A stretch of 62,398 nucleotides of DNA, the filler included, from Bradymonadales bacterium (GTDB lineage: Bacteria; Bdellovibrionota; UBA2394), in NCBI GenBank assembly GCA_007693605.1. It is 5 parts of 5 records of this genome, joined end to end, with 100 filler letters (N's around TTAATTAATTAA, not from the genome) between each part and the next. Parts side by side here need not be neighbours in the genome. Positions count along the whole stretch, not along the records: positions 1 to 24,202 come from REDG01000070.1; 4 more parts are not named here. One strand, written 5' to 3'. Shown here piece after piece: positions 1-10,240 of this stretch. Positions within the stretch are counted from its first letter, which is position 1, and every line of letters starts with the position of its first letter. The position numbers were made by a program, and so were the translations under genes. The notes beneath the pieces are model-generated. The model made no database searches, had not been told where the DNA came from, and saw only the letters and a program-made list of their open reading frames with translations.

Positions 1-294
1 TCCCTCGCTCGCCTATCACAGGGCTCAAAAAATGGCGTTTGAATACCTTATCCTTTTGAAGTATTCCAATTTCAAGTAAAGGCGGAGTCTACTGTCTTCT
101 AACTCGACGACGGGTGTCTTCCCGATTTGCGACTCGAAAGAACGTAATAGATGCCAGAGATTCTGATCAGACTTTAAACGCATTTTTGTCTATGTAACTC
201 CCTTTTCGTTCTGACTGCAGGATTTGTGCCAGAGATGCCGGGATTTTAAAACTTAGTCTAGCCCAGATACATTCCTTTTGAGTAGGTTGCGTGA

Positions 295-906
295 ATGGAT
301 GACCTAAAGGTCGACCTTAACTTTAAGGGGTTTACGTCTACTCGCCTCAAGATACGGCGCTTTCGGCCTGAAGACGCCCCGAGCCTTCAGGCCTATCGGG
401 AAGACCCTGAGGTAGCGATGTACCAGTACTGGTCGACCTGTACCCTCTCCGAGGCGCAAGAGTTTGTTGAGACACAAGCTCGGCAGACCGCCGACATTCA
501 AGGGGAATGGCTACAGATAGCCGTGGAATGCCTACACTCGAAGGAGCACCTGGGGGATATCGCGTTTCGGACATGCCCAAGCAGTCTAGACACCACTTTT
601 TTTGGGGCTAGCTTTTCTAGGAGGGCACAAGGAAAGGGATATGCATCAGAAGCATTGGCACACTTATTTTACTACCTCTTCGAGCAGAGAAATAAGCGTC
701 GTCTTGTCGGAATTACTGACTGCAGAAATGAGGCTAGCGTTCGTCTCCTGGAGAGGCTCGGTTTTCGCCGTGAAGCTCATTTCATCGAGAATCTGGAGTT
801 TAAGGGCGAGTTGGTAAGTGAGTACCTGTATGCACTACTCCGAAAAGACTGGCCTAGCTCGCCAGCCTTCCGGATATACTTGCAATCTCGGCGAGAAAAC
901 TCCTAA
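295..906 (+). CDS. GNAT acetyltransferase, RimJ/RimL type
   Basis: TSTRLKIRRF N-terminus, QGKGYASEA acetyl-CoA motif, NEASVRLLERLGF motif. Confidence 0.9.
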   Translation: MDDLKVDLNFKGFTSTRLKIRRFRPEDAPSLQAYREDPEVAMYQYWSTCTLSEAQEFVETQARQTADIQGEWLQIAVECLHSKEHLGDIAFRTCPSSLDTTFFGASFSRRAQGKGYASEALAHLFYYLFEQRNKRRLVGITDCRNEASVRLLERLGFRREAHFIENLEFKGELVSEYLYALLRKDWPSSPAFRIYLQSRRENS

Positions 907-946
907 GGGGGGTGCATATTCGCCCAAACTGGGTTAAGGCTCCACA

Positions 947-1657
947 GTGTTTTTGAGACTAATATTTGTGTTGGGCCTGCTCTTGCCTTCCTTGACTCAA
1001 GGCAAACCAGAAAATAGACGCTCGATGCATAAGAAAACTTCTCAAGCCTGCGTCGACTTGTTAGGAAAAACCACTTTTGAACAGTCGGAGCGGCTCGAGA
1101 CCCCGAGACTTTTTCTTCGACGCTTTATGGCCGAAGATGCCTTTATATTGAGGGAGTATCGGCAAGATGAGGAGACAGCTCGATATCAGTACTGGGACCA
1201 CCAGGATTATTTTCGAATCCATGAGGCAAAGGCTTTTGTTCTGGCAATGGCACAATCTAAACCCAATCAACCCGGGGAATGGTTTCAGTTTGCTATCGCT
1301 GAAAAGAAAAACAATAAGCTTTTGGGAGACTGCGCGTTTCGACCTAACCCAGAGTTCCCTGAAGAGGTCCTTATAGGAATTACGATCGCCCCTAACAACC
1401 AAGGGGTCGGGTTCGCCGCTGAGGCCACTGCGCGATTCATAGATTATCTGGTTTGGGAGCTCGAGAAGGAACGCATAGTTGCCAAAGTCGATCGACGAAA
1501 TGCCAGTTCACTCAGACTTTTAGCGCGTCTCGGCTTTGAGACAATCTCGACTTCCCCTGCCCCTAGTTATTTTAAGGGGGAACTCGTCTATGAAAGTTTG
1601 TTGGTTCTGGAAGCGAAGATGTGGCGAGCTCGAACAGGGCGGCAACCAAGGCCTTGA
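947..1657 (+). CDS. GNAT acetyltransferase, RimJ/RimL type, with N-terminal signal peptide
   Basis: Hydrophobic N-terminus, then LETPRLFLRRF, QGVGFAAEA, NASSLRLLARLGF; paralog of the upstream gene. Confidence 0.85.
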   Translation: MFLRLIFVLGLLLPSLTQGKPENRRSMHKKTSQACVDLLGKTTFEQSERLETPRLFLRRFMAEDAFILREYRQDEETARYQYWDHQDYFRIHEAKAFVLAMAQSKPNQPGEWFQFAIAEKKNNKLLGDCAFRPNPEFPEEVLIGITIAPNNQGVGFAAEATARFIDYLVWELEKERIVAKVDRRNASSLRLLARLGFETISTSPAPSYFKGELVYESLLVLEAKMWRARTGRQPRP

Positions 1658-1836
1658 TTTCAAGAATCTAGTTCGGGGCCACGAGTTTTAATGAACTCCC
1701 GCATGAAAATTGCTACGAAAACTCGAGGGGATAACGGAACCTGAATCGATTTAAACCGCCGCAAATGTCGTAGAACGAGACGTTTTCCTTTTCATTCAAC
1801 TTTTATTCCAAGCACAATTTGAGTAACTTCTAGCAG

Positions 1837-2121
1837 ATGGCAGAAACCAACTGGCAATTCGTCGGTAAAATTGAAGATTTAAAGTCAAGACCTCTTCAGC
1901 AGATCGAGGTTTCAGGCAAGAAGCTTGCCCTAAGTTATAAGGATAATACCTGGGGGGTCATTTCGGGCTTTTGTAATCATGTTGGAGGACCTTTGGGCAA
2001 AGGTTGCCTCGAAGGCGACTATATTGTTTGTCCTTGGCATTATTGGAAGTTTCATCGCCAAACCGGAATTGGCCAACCCGGTTATGAAGAAAATCGTGTT
2101 CAGCAATATGAGACAAAATAA
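1837..2121 (+). CDS. Rieske [2Fe-2S] ferredoxin domain protein, possibly C-terminally truncated
   Basis: CNH...CPWH Rieske ligands; stops where the last strands of the fold would be expected, about 80 bp before the IS. Confidence 0.75.
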   Translation: MAETNWQFVGKIEDLKSRPLQQIEVSGKKLALSYKDNTWGVISGFCNHVGGPLGKGCLEGDYIVCPWHYWKFHRQTGIGQPGYEENRVQQYETK

Positions 2122-2202
2122 GGCTTTAAAGAGCTACAATTCTTGTCACTCTAGTTTTTGCATATGACCCACGACATTTTTGGGCTCTTCAGCCAAATTA
2201 GC

Positions 2203-3462
2203 TGCGGTAGTTAGGGTAAGCGTTGACAAGACGCGCTTGGTCAGTGGCGTATTTGTCTACGATTTTTACGCAGCGCTTTCCAGTTCTTTTTCTCCTTCAT
2301 TTTCTGAGACATAGTTTTTGGCAAGCTCGATGCCATCAAGGAAGGTCTCCATGGGTGTACGTCCACGGCAGTACTTGCCCTGGTTCGTGCGATCTTCGTT
2401 GTAGCTTTGCATGAAGGCGTCGAGATCTGTCTGGAGCTCTTCCAGGCTCTTGTAGATTTTTTTCCTCAACTCCACTCGGTAAAATTCATCCAAAAGCGTC
2501 TGGTTGAGTCTTTCTGTACAACCATTGGTCTGCGGGTGGCGTGCCTTTGTGCGGCTATGTTCAATGTCGTTTAAGTGCAAGTAAAGCTGATAGGGGTGGG
2601 CTGAGAGGTTTCCGCAGTACTCCGTCCCCCGATCCGTCAGCGTCCGAAGAAGACGAAGTCCTTGGCTGTCAAAAAACGGCAGGACCTTGTCGTTTAGAAA
2701 ATCGGCTGCCGTGATCGCCGTTTTATCGAGATAGAGCTTGGCAAAGCCCACATTCGAAAACGTGTCGATTCCCGTCTGCTGATAAATTCGACCAATCCCT
2801 TTGATGTAGCCGATGTAGCAGGTGTCTTGGCCGAGTAAAAAGCCCGGGTGAAAGCTCTCAATCTCGCCGTGAGCCTGCTTTTCTTCCTTAGCCACCTCCA
2901 GGGCTTGGACCTGAGATTCGGTAAGAATATTCTTCTCCTCAGCCGCCCATTTCTCCAGACGCTTGAGACGAAGAGCTCGAACCTGGAGGCCGTGCCGTAC
3001 CCACACCTGCCGGATCCCACAAGGCGAGATGTGAATGTTCTGAGTGCGCTTGAGCTCGTTCGACACTCGAGTCTGGCCGTGCATCGGCTGGTGGAGGCTG
3101 TACTCCAAAATCGCTTCTTCCCACTCCAAAGGAATCTGGTTACTCCTTCGAGTCCGAGTGCGAGCCTTCGCCATCAGCCCCTCTAAACCCTCTTCTTCCA
3201 AAGTATTCTTGATATCGTAGTAGTGCTGACGCGATATCCCAAGCTTTCGACATGCCTCAGAAATATTTCCAAGCTTTTCTGAAAGCTCCACAATGTTCAA
3301 TTTACGATTGATGATATACTGACTTCTGTTCATTGGTGTTCTCCTTGTGTTCAGTGGTTGTTTGTTTTTTCCAAACTAAATTTTACCACTGACCAAGGAG
3401 TCACCTTGACCATCTGCTTCTCACGCAATGTTCCAATGTCAACGCGTTAGCTAACTAACCCA
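2203..3462 (-). mobile_element. Complete IS481-family insertion sequence (1260 bp)
   Basis: Imperfect 26-bp terminal IRs (2203-2228 and 3437-3462, 20/26 identical); direct repeat AATTAGC at 2196-2202 and 3463-3469. Confidence 0.93.
2266..3333 (-). CDS. IS481-family DDE transposase
   Basis: N-terminal HTH (NISEACRKLGISRQHYY), QDT...TDRGTEY...NGCTERLN DDE core, YNEDRTNQG...GRTP. Confidence 0.95.
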   Translation of the reverse strand: MNRSQYIINRKLNIVELSEKLGNISEACRKLGISRQHYYDIKNTLEEEGLEGLMAKARTRTRRSNQIPLEWEEAILEYSLHQPMHGQTRVSNELKRTQNIHISPCGIRQVWVRHGLQVRALRLKRLEKWAAEEKNILTESQVQALEVAKEEKQAHGEIESFHPGFLLGQDTCYIGYIKGIGRIYQQTGIDTFSNVGFAKLYLDKTAITAADFLNDKVLPFFDSQGLRLLRTLTDRGTEYCGNLSAHPYQLYLHLNDIEHSRTKARHPQTNGCTERLNQTLLDEFYRVELRKKIYKSLEELQTDLDAFMQSYNEDRTNQGKYCRGRTPMETFLDGIELAKNYVSENEGEKELESAA

Positions 3463-3528
3463 AATTAGCTGATGAAGACATACCTGACCGCCCGGTCTCA
3501 ACCCCAGAAATGGCAGGGGGAAGGAGTC

Positions 3529-3930
3529 TCAAACTGAAGCAGTCGAGGAGGCACAAGAGCAGACGGCCGCTTTGATCCTATCGTCTCTCAGATAAATAGC
3601 TAGCCACGCAATGACTGGGAGGAGAACAGGAAGAGCAAAGTTCCCCAGAGGATCGTTTGCCAAAAAATGAACGGAGATCGCTCCCCCAAAGTAGCCAGTC
3701 GTCAGCACGGCACCGATCAACTTCGTCTTTGGGATCGCATAAGTGACTGCACAGACGGCCAATAAAATTCCCAAAACAAGAAGGTGTTGAGACTGCATTC
3801 CCATCTGAGCTGCGTTTTCAGCATAATCGCCGGGCTGAACAAATTTGATCAACGCGAAAAAAGCCAAGGCCACCGTAACAAGCCCAGAGAGCCCTAAGCC
3901 AATCCATTGTCCTTTTGATTTGTTTTTCAT
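3529..3930 (-). CDS. DoxX-family membrane protein
   Basis: 4 TM segments, IPKTKLIGAVLTTGYFGGAISVH motif; start set at 3930, behind a [11 protein letters not shown]. Confidence 0.8.
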   Translation of the reverse strand: MKNKSKGQWIGLGLSGLVTVALAFFALIKFVQPGDYAENAAQMGMQSQHLLVLGILLAVCAVTYAIPKTKLIGAVLTTGYFGGAISVHFLANDPLGNFALPVLLPVIAWLAIYLRDDRIKAAVCSCASSTASV

Positions 3931-4014
3931 ATTCTCTCCCTCAAACCAAGCTGCCCCAAAGTTCTGCGCCAAGCCAGCACAAATTGGCGGCCATGCTAAA
4001 ACTTAGCTCATGGA

Positions 4015-5262
4015 CTAGAAATTGGAGGGGAATACATCCAGAAAGGCTTGCTCTTCTGCATCGATTTTCTTCAGTAGCCTTTTAAGGAGTTCGGCCTTCT
4101 CTGGCACGGCCTCCAGCAAAGCTTTCTCCGCTGACGCTCTCAGTTCATCGGGCGGACTTGTCAAAGTGAGCATTCCAGAAACCCTAACGAAGATAGTCAA
4201 CCAAACTCTGAGCCACAATCGATTTTCAACTAATGCTGCCCCCCTGACTCGTTCAATCAAATCCTGAAGAAGAAGTCCGTGAATCTCCGGATAAACTTCG
4301 TCAAGCCAGACATTGAAGTCTTCCCGAAAGGGATCTGCTACCCCAATTCCCGCCAAGGCTCCACATTCAAGAGAATCATGGCACCTTTGATTGAAAGCAA
4401 AATCTTGCCGAATCACCGTCATATCGATTTTCGCATGGGTGTAGCCCTGCGCCTTCAAGTCTCTTGCCCTCTCAAGCTCTCGCTTAAGAGATTCAAGTCT
4501 TTTAAAAAGGCTAAGAATGGTAGCCGTGGAAAGATCCGCGTTTACGAAATCGACCTTGTAGTAGTCTTCAAGCTCCAGATGGGGAAGGAAAACTGATTCA
4601 CCGTTTTGAACTCTTCTGTCGATTTCACTCACAACAAAACTGCTCCACCATAGGCGTTCAAATCCAAACGAATAGGCATGCTGGTAGAGGGCTTCGAGCA
4701 TAGAAATGGCATCTTGAATGGGGACTGACTCTGCTTTTAACAGGATTCTTTTATAGATCGAACTATACGAAGCCTTTTGCTCTTCACTGACAGATTCATC
4801 CCTCAGGTGACGGTAGACATCCAAAAATACTCCGCCCACAACCCCCTCTTCTTTCTCGAGTTGATCTGCCACTTTCTTCCAAAAGTCTTGTCCAAAGATT
4901 CCTTCGAGTCTTGCAATGGTCTCTTTAAGCTTTGACTTGGCTGCCATGGCCCCTAGAAAACCCTCAAACAAAGGGATCTTGGCGCGGCCATCAGGATGAA
5001 AAAGATGTGAAGGCACCTCCCCCTTCGAAATTGAACGAGATGCAAACCAGTGACTCAGTTTAAGAGGGGTCCAACCCACAATCTGCGTGATGGGCTCTGG
5101 CACCCCTAGAGTTCGGGCTCGACCAATCACCTCAACCGCTTGCACGCAAAAACGGGCTGACCATGATTCAACCCCCCGCGAACCCGCCGCCCCCTCAGCA
5201 GAAGGAGACCAGACCACATAAAAAAAGCCCCAACAGGCCAAAAAGTAAAAGACTCTCAACAC
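4015..5262 (-). CDS. Hypothetical secreted, helical protein
   Basis: 415-aa ORF with a signal-peptide-like N-terminus; no recognisable domain. Confidence 0.7.
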   Translation of the reverse strand: MLRVFYFLACWGFFYVVWSPSAEGAAGSRGVESWSARFCVQAVEVIGRARTLGVPEPITQIVGWTPLKLSHWFASRSISKGEVPSHLFHPDGRAKIPLFEGFLGAMAAKSKLKETIARLEGIFGQDFWKKVADQLEKEEGVVGGVFLDVYRHLRDESVSEEQKASYSSIYKRILLKAESVPIQDAISMLEALYQHAYSFGFERLWWSSFVVSEIDRRVQNGESVFLPHLELEDYYKVDFVNADLSTATILSLFKRLESLKRELERARDLKAQGYTHAKIDMTVIRQDFAFNQRCHDSLECGALAGIGVADPFREDFNVWLDEVYPEIHGLLLQDLIERVRGAALVENRLWLRVWLTIFVRVSGMLTLTSPPDELRASAEKALLEAVPEKAELLKRLLKKIDAEEQAFLDVFPSNF

Positions 5263-5318
5263 TCCAGAGTTCCTTAGCAGATTCTAAAGAGACTTCAAGT
5301 CACTGGCTCCGGCTGACC

Positions 5319-5963
5319 CTAAGAGCCCCCTAGAACAAGAGAATTTGCTGCCTCTAAATGAAAAGCCCGAAGGCCCAAGGCTCTCCCAGCCTCGACATGC
5401 TGTAGGGAATCATCAATAAAGAAACAGTCCTCCGCTCTCAGTTGATGTGACTGAAGGACATGCTCAAAGGCCTCTTGAGTAGGTTTTCGTTTCCCAATTC
5501 GATGCGAAAAATGAATGCCTTCAAATTGAGCATAAAACTCCTTTAAGAGGCCCTCTTCAATTCGAACTTCAAGGACTTCCTCGTGAATCTCATTGATATT
5601 GCTCAGAAGAAAGAGCCTTTTGTGTTCTCTCAGAGACCTAATCAATTCGAGCCTCTGACTCGGTAAATCCAAGAGCATCGCATTCCAGGCATCTTCGACT
5701 CGGGTCAAATCTTGACCCTCATAGTTAAGAAGACCCGCAAGCTCTTCCAAAAATTCTTGCCTGGAGATTCGACCCGTCTCAAACAGGTCAAAGACTTCCG
5801 TCTGCTCCTTCTTAGTATAGAGCGAAAATTGATCTCCCGATGCCGACAGCCCTCCTAAAGCTTCAATCGTCAAATCATAATCCACATTCAGAAGAACGCC
5901 CCCGAAATCAAAGATGACAGCCGGATAGGGCTCCACCAAATTTAAAAAATCAGAAGCCTTCAA
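5319..5963 (-). CDS. HAD-superfamily phosphatase
   Basis: DFGGVL motif I, LSN motif II, KP motif III, FIDD motif IV. Confidence 0.9.
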   Translation of the reverse strand: MKASDFLNLVEPYPAVIFDFGGVLLNVDYDLTIEALGGLSASGDQFSLYTKKEQTEVFDLFETGRISRQEFLEELAGLLNYEGQDLTRVEDAWNAMLLDLPSQRLELIRSLREHKRLFLLSNINEIHEEVLEVRIEEGLLKEFYAQFEGIHFSHRIGKRKPTQEAFEHVLQSHQLRAEDCFFIDDSLQHVEAGRALGLRAFHLEAANSLVLGGS

Positions 5964-6022
5964 AGGGGAAGCTCCTCAGTTGCTTGCTGGCCAAAGCCCA
6001 AGCCAAAAAACTTAAAGCCCCT

Positions 6023-7105
6023 CTATTCCGAGTCAAGGGCGGCCAGTTGATCAATAAGCTCTGCCACTTGAGCTTCAATTGCGGGCTGGTGTAGCAACAT
6101 TCCAATCAACTGCATAAAAGTTTCGTCATCTTCGTCAACCTCGGCAAAGGCCGCTTTCGGATCTCCCGAGTAAAACTTCTCAAATTCCCCCGCACTTTGA
6201 GATAAATGTGTCAGGAGTGCGAGAAATGGAAGCGGGTCGACCTCTGTCTTCTTCTCACCGCCTCGCAGGTTAGGATCAGCAATCACCACCTTGAAGCGTC
6301 TGCTCTCCCGATCCAACTCTATCCCAAGACGCTGCAAATCCTTTCTGGGGTACCTAGCCGCCAAATCCTTAACTTCTTCTTTAAAGCCTTTTGCAATAGC
6401 TGCCGCCTCAGCCCTAGTCACATCAGAGAAAAGAACATTGATATGATCATGCTTTCCGTCAACTCTTACGCGCCTACATTCTCCTGCGGCATAAAAGACC
6501 TCTCTAGTCCGGACCTTCATCGCCTTCAAGCGTCCGGGCAAAAGCTGGTCCACATACAGAGTGACGGTCGCATCGGCCTCGGTCACAGGACATCGCTCGT
6601 GGAGGGCCTGGTTTCTCATATAAGCCCTAGCCTTCCCCTTTCCTACAAAAACTCCGCGCAAGGGATCCCATTTCATATCCCTGACTTTCAAAAATACATC
6701 GTTATGCTTCAACCAATTGAAGCTCTTTGAAAGTGGCAAATCAGGCGCATCGGGGCTGTGAAATACGAGATCGAAGCCTGTATCTGTCGGGTTCGCTACA
6801 CGAAAGTCAAAAGTTCGAGCAACCTCATGTATTGTCTCATGGCTGGCTTTGCTGGTGTGCCAACGAGAACCCATGATCAAGCTGCCCTCGAATTTCGACC
6901 ACTCCCGGTAAGCCTCCAAGCGCTCCTGGCTGCTTTCCACATCGAGGCGCTTACCCATATCTGCGTAAGGCTGAAGATTCTCTTTGATTACCCTATCGAT
7001 GTCTTTCTCAAAATAGCTCGAGTTGTGAAAGGGTGAAACGAGGACATCTCCAAGCCTCTCTTGGCCAACAAGGGCCGCCAAAATAATGGAACTGACAATC
7101 ATCAT
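6023..7105 (-). CDS. Hypothetical exported protein
   Basis: Long ORF; start at 7105 behind a GAAGGAG RBS; short hydrophobic N-terminus. Confidence 0.65.
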   Translation of the reverse strand: MMIVSSIILAALVGQERLGDVLVSPFHNSSYFEKDIDRVIKENLQPYADMGKRLDVESSQERLEAYREWSKFEGSLIMGSRWHTSKASHETIHEVARTFDFRVANPTDTGFDLVFHSPDAPDLPLSKSFNWLKHNDVFLKVRDMKWDPLRGVFVGKGKARAYMRNQALHERCPVTEADATVTLYVDQLLPGRLKAMKVRTREVFYAAGECRRVRVDGKHDHINVLFSDVTRAEAAAIAKGFKEEVKDLAARYPRKDLQRLGIELDRESRRFKVVIADPNLRGGEKKTEVDPLPFLALLTHLSQSAGEFEKFYSGDPKAAFAEVDEDDETFMQLIGMLLHQPAIEAQVAELIDQLAALDSE

Positions 7106-7373
7106 AATAAACTCCTTCGCACTTGGCCCCTCTCTAGCCGAAAGTCGCTCCTGGCGCAATCCCCCTTCAAGAGGCCAAAAAAATCAAATACAACACCTAT
7201 GGTCTAGGCCTGAAAAGGCTCGTGAGCATCTACGAAGGCCCGATAGCTTATGACCACGCTTCGATCACGGTCTTCAAACTCATAGCAGGAAAAAAAGGGA
7301 AACGAAAGACTCTCGAGTCCTTCCGTTCGTAAGTTACCTCTCCCTCAACTAGGGCTAGCCAACAAAACTCCTA

Positions 7374-8345
7374 TCATAGAGGAATCATGAAAACCCGATC
7401 ATAATGTAGAATATAGTTCCCTTTTTGAATCATGAGTTCAGATTCAGTAAGATGCACATAGCCGGCTTCGCCATCTAAGACATGCCGAATGATTTCTCGT
7501 TCCCACAAACGGTTACTGTCCTGGCTGATACCGCTGCAATGAGAATCGTCCTGGAAGATACTGACGGGGTAGAGAAAAAGGCTCTCATATCTGGCCAGAA
7601 TCCCCCAACCGAAACTAGTCCGCCAGAAGCCTGTGACTACTTGGCAGTCACTGAAGCTATGGAACTGATCTTGGCCAAAAAAATACAAAATATTATTGCC
7701 AGCTGCGAAGAAAAAACTGACTGGCCAGTCAAAGCCATCTGAAGAAGGGTGGCTGACTTCAATGCCACGAAGCTTCCAATTAGTATTGTTCAGTTGGACT
7801 AGAGACAAACCTAAATCCGGAGGAGAATCATTGATTTTTTGAAACACAAAGAGAGATGCGTCGCCAACAAGAACCAGTTGATATTCAGTGAGAGTATAGT
7901 ATGTCACTGACTCAAGAGCCTGCAGTAAAAACTCAATATTCACCTCGCGATCTCGATCATGCACACCCTCGGGATCATAGGGATGCGTACATGTCGGCAA
8001 AGAACGGTTGAAAGATTCAAATCGAATTTTTTGAGGTTGATCATAAGAAACGCTTGCTTTGTAGCCACTACAAAAAATGGAACCCTCCCAGATTGGGCCT
8101 TTAATGCTTAAACTTTCAGAGCCCTGAAGGTCTTCAAAACGATAGGTCTTGCCTCTCTGATCTTTTGCGAGAGTAAGTGTATAGAACCCATCTAGCCCTG
8201 AGATGCTTTGGCTGACACTATAGTTCGGATCCTCAGTCTGAGCGTTCTTAGTGGTCTCAAGCTCACTGGTTTCAAGGCATGCGGAGAGGCTTATGACCAT
8301 CGCAAATAGAATGATTTGAATCGGTGTATATAGAGATATCCTCAT
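7374..8345 (-). CDS. Lipoprotein with probable tandem META/HslJ-like domains
   Basis: LSAC lipobox after a hydrophobic stretch; two segments with paired Cys and FLxAL...Y.L....L.L patterns; RBS GAAGGA. Confidence 0.55.
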   Translation of the reverse strand: MRISLYTPIQIILFAMVISLSACLETSELETTKNAQTEDPNYSVSQSISGLDGFYTLTLAKDQRGKTYRFEDLQGSESLSIKGPIWEGSIFCSGYKASVSYDQPQKIRFESFNRSLPTCTHPYDPEGVHDRDREVNIEFLLQALESVTYYTLTEYQLVLVGDASLFVFQKINDSPPDLGLSLVQLNNTNWKLRGIEVSHPSSDGFDWPVSFFFAAGNNILYFFGQDQFHSFSDCQVVTGFWRTSFGWGILARYESLFLYPVSIFQDDSHCSGISQDSNRLWEREIIRHVLDGEAGYVHLTESELMIQKGNYILHYDRVFMIPL

Positions 8346-8431
8346 AAAAATTCCTTCTTCTAAGGTTCTTAGGTCTCGTGGGCGCTCATCGATTCTTGAA
8401 GAGAAGCAAACAGACACCCAGGGAAGAAAGC

Positions 8432-8447
8432 TGCAATTCTTGTGCCT
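8432..8447 (-). promoter_or_regulatory. Sigma54 (-24/-12) promoter
   Basis: AGGCAC-AAGAA-TTGCA on the minus strand, upstream of the lipoprotein gene. Confidence 0.6.
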
Positions 8448-8832
8448 AGAGGTCGGTTCTTCAGCCCCCTAGAAACTCCAAGAGATTTTTCTGAGAGTAA
8501 AGAGTCGATGGCAATCGCATTCATGATCTTATGCAAAGCTTGCAGGGAAGCTGGTTTGAGCCTCGACGACCAAAGAAGCGGCGAAGCGCCCAGGGCTCCG
8601 CCCGTTAACAGCCCAACCGCGCCCCTCACTTTCTTTACGCGCAAGGGCCGCCCCAGACCCCAGCCCGGTGGGCTCCCAGAAAGCATCAATGACGAGAGGC
8701 CGACCATAAAAAATGCTTACACACCCCTCTTGATCAATTACACAGCTGTGCTAGAGACGGCTTCTGGATATTCATGGACCCTGCTTGGCCAGTGGTAGGC
8801 CTAGGCCATTGAACTTTTTTGGGAGAAAGATT

Positions 8833-10161
8833 GTGCATCGTATTCTGTTTTTATTGGGCTTTGTGTTCCTTGCCTTGGTTGGTTGGGAAACTTCGGTTCA
8901 TGCAAGCCAAAGAAACTTGGGCGAAGTTTTTCAAGCCATCGAAGATGATAATCTAGAGCGCTTTAAAAGACTGGTGGACAGGCTGCCCGTTCGAGAGCTC
9001 AATAGAGGCTATTCTGGCTCCTTCGGTGAAACGCCCCTTATCGCAACCGCCAGGTTCGAGCGCCTTGAAATGCTACAGCATCTTCTAACCAAGCCCGGTC
9101 TTTGCATCGATTGCGTTGATGACTATCGAAGAACGGCTCTGATAGAGGCGACTATTCGAAACAATTTGGCGATCTTGAACGAATTGTTGCGGAAAGGGGC
9201 GAATGCCAACTTCAGAGGTCGATATGGTCGAACGGCTTTACATTTTGCGGTCGCCGAAGGCTATACCGAAATTGTCAAACGATTGTTAGAAGTTGACGGA
9301 ATCGCCGTCAATGAGCGCGATGACAACGGCAGAACTCCCCTATTGGTTGCTTTTGATGACTTCGCTAATCCCCGTGAAGAACTGGAAGTCATTGATGAGG
9401 AGCTGGGCGAGATCTTTGTATTGGAGGCGAACCTGCATCTTGAGATCCGCAGAATGCCGTTGCCAGAGGATCCCGAAGAGCGAGAAGAAGTAAAATCTCT
9501 GAAGGCGGCAGTGGCCTTCATGGACCTGGTTCGGGTGATGATGTTGGGCGAGCTATTGAAGGCAGGGGCTGATCCCAATCTTTTAGATCATTCTCGCAGG
9601 GGCCCCTTGATGGCCGCGGCTGAAACAGGACAAGAGCCTGCCTATTTTCTTCTAAGACTTGGGGGCGCACGCACTAAAGAGGCCGTTACTAGAGACGGAA
9701 AGACGGTTCTCATGGCCTCAGCCGCCTCAGAGAGCGCTAGGATCTTTAACGCGCTTCTGGAAGAGGCTGAACTAGATCTCAATGAAGTAGATTTCTTTGG
9801 CCGGACCGCTTTGCACTACACGGTACAAGAAGGCCTTTCTGCTTGGTTGAAGCGAATGATTGATCGTGGGGCCAATGTCAATATTCAAGACGATGACGGC
9901 TTGTCGCCGGTGATGCTGGCAATTGTACATAACTGCATGGAGAGTGTGCGCTGTCTCGTCGAACTAGGTGCGGATTTAAGCCTAGAAGATGTGGACGGAG
10001 ACAATAGCCTCCATTTAGCCGCATACACTGCATTGATGAACGATGATCCGAGTCTCTTTGACTTTATTGCCGAGATAAGGCCTGAGCTGGAGAAAACTAC
10101 CAATAAGGAGGGAAGGACTCCCCGAGAAGTTCTGCTTGGCAGAGGCACAGTGATCCACTAG
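8833..10161 (+). CDS. Secreted ankyrin-repeat protein
   Basis: Many GxTPL/TALH ankyrin repeats; GTG start at 8833 after a GGGAGA RBS; signal peptide ending VHA. Confidence 0.9.
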   Translation: MHRILFLLGFVFLALVGWETSVHASQRNLGEVFQAIEDDNLERFKRLVDRLPVRELNRGYSGSFGETPLIATARFERLEMLQHLLTKPGLCIDCVDDYRRTALIEATIRNNLAILNELLRKGANANFRGRYGRTALHFAVAEGYTEIVKRLLEVDGIAVNERDDNGRTPLLVAFDDFANPREELEVIDEELGEIFVLEANLHLEIRRMPLPEDPEEREEVKSLKAAVAFMDLVRVMMLGELLKAGADPNLLDHSRRGPLMAAAETGQEPAYFLLRLGGARTKEAVTRDGKTVLMASAASESARIFNALLEEAELDLNEVDFFGRTALHYTVQEGLSAWLKRMIDRGANVNIQDDDGLSPVMLAIVHNCMESVRCLVELGADLSLEDVDGDNSLHLAAYTALMNDDPSLFDFIAEIRPELEKTTNKEGRTPREVLLGRGTVIH

Positions 10162-10240
10162 CGGAGCTCAGCCGCTCTCCTCTGGCCGAAAGCAGCATCG
10201 CTTCGAGTCGATTGCAGAAGTTCAAGCTCGTGCTGCAGAA

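Noticed and set aside
8369..8798. Overlapping opposite-strand ORFs, one with a glycine-zipper-like GAVGLLTGGALGA
   Set aside because: No convincing start or family; at most a decayed fragment
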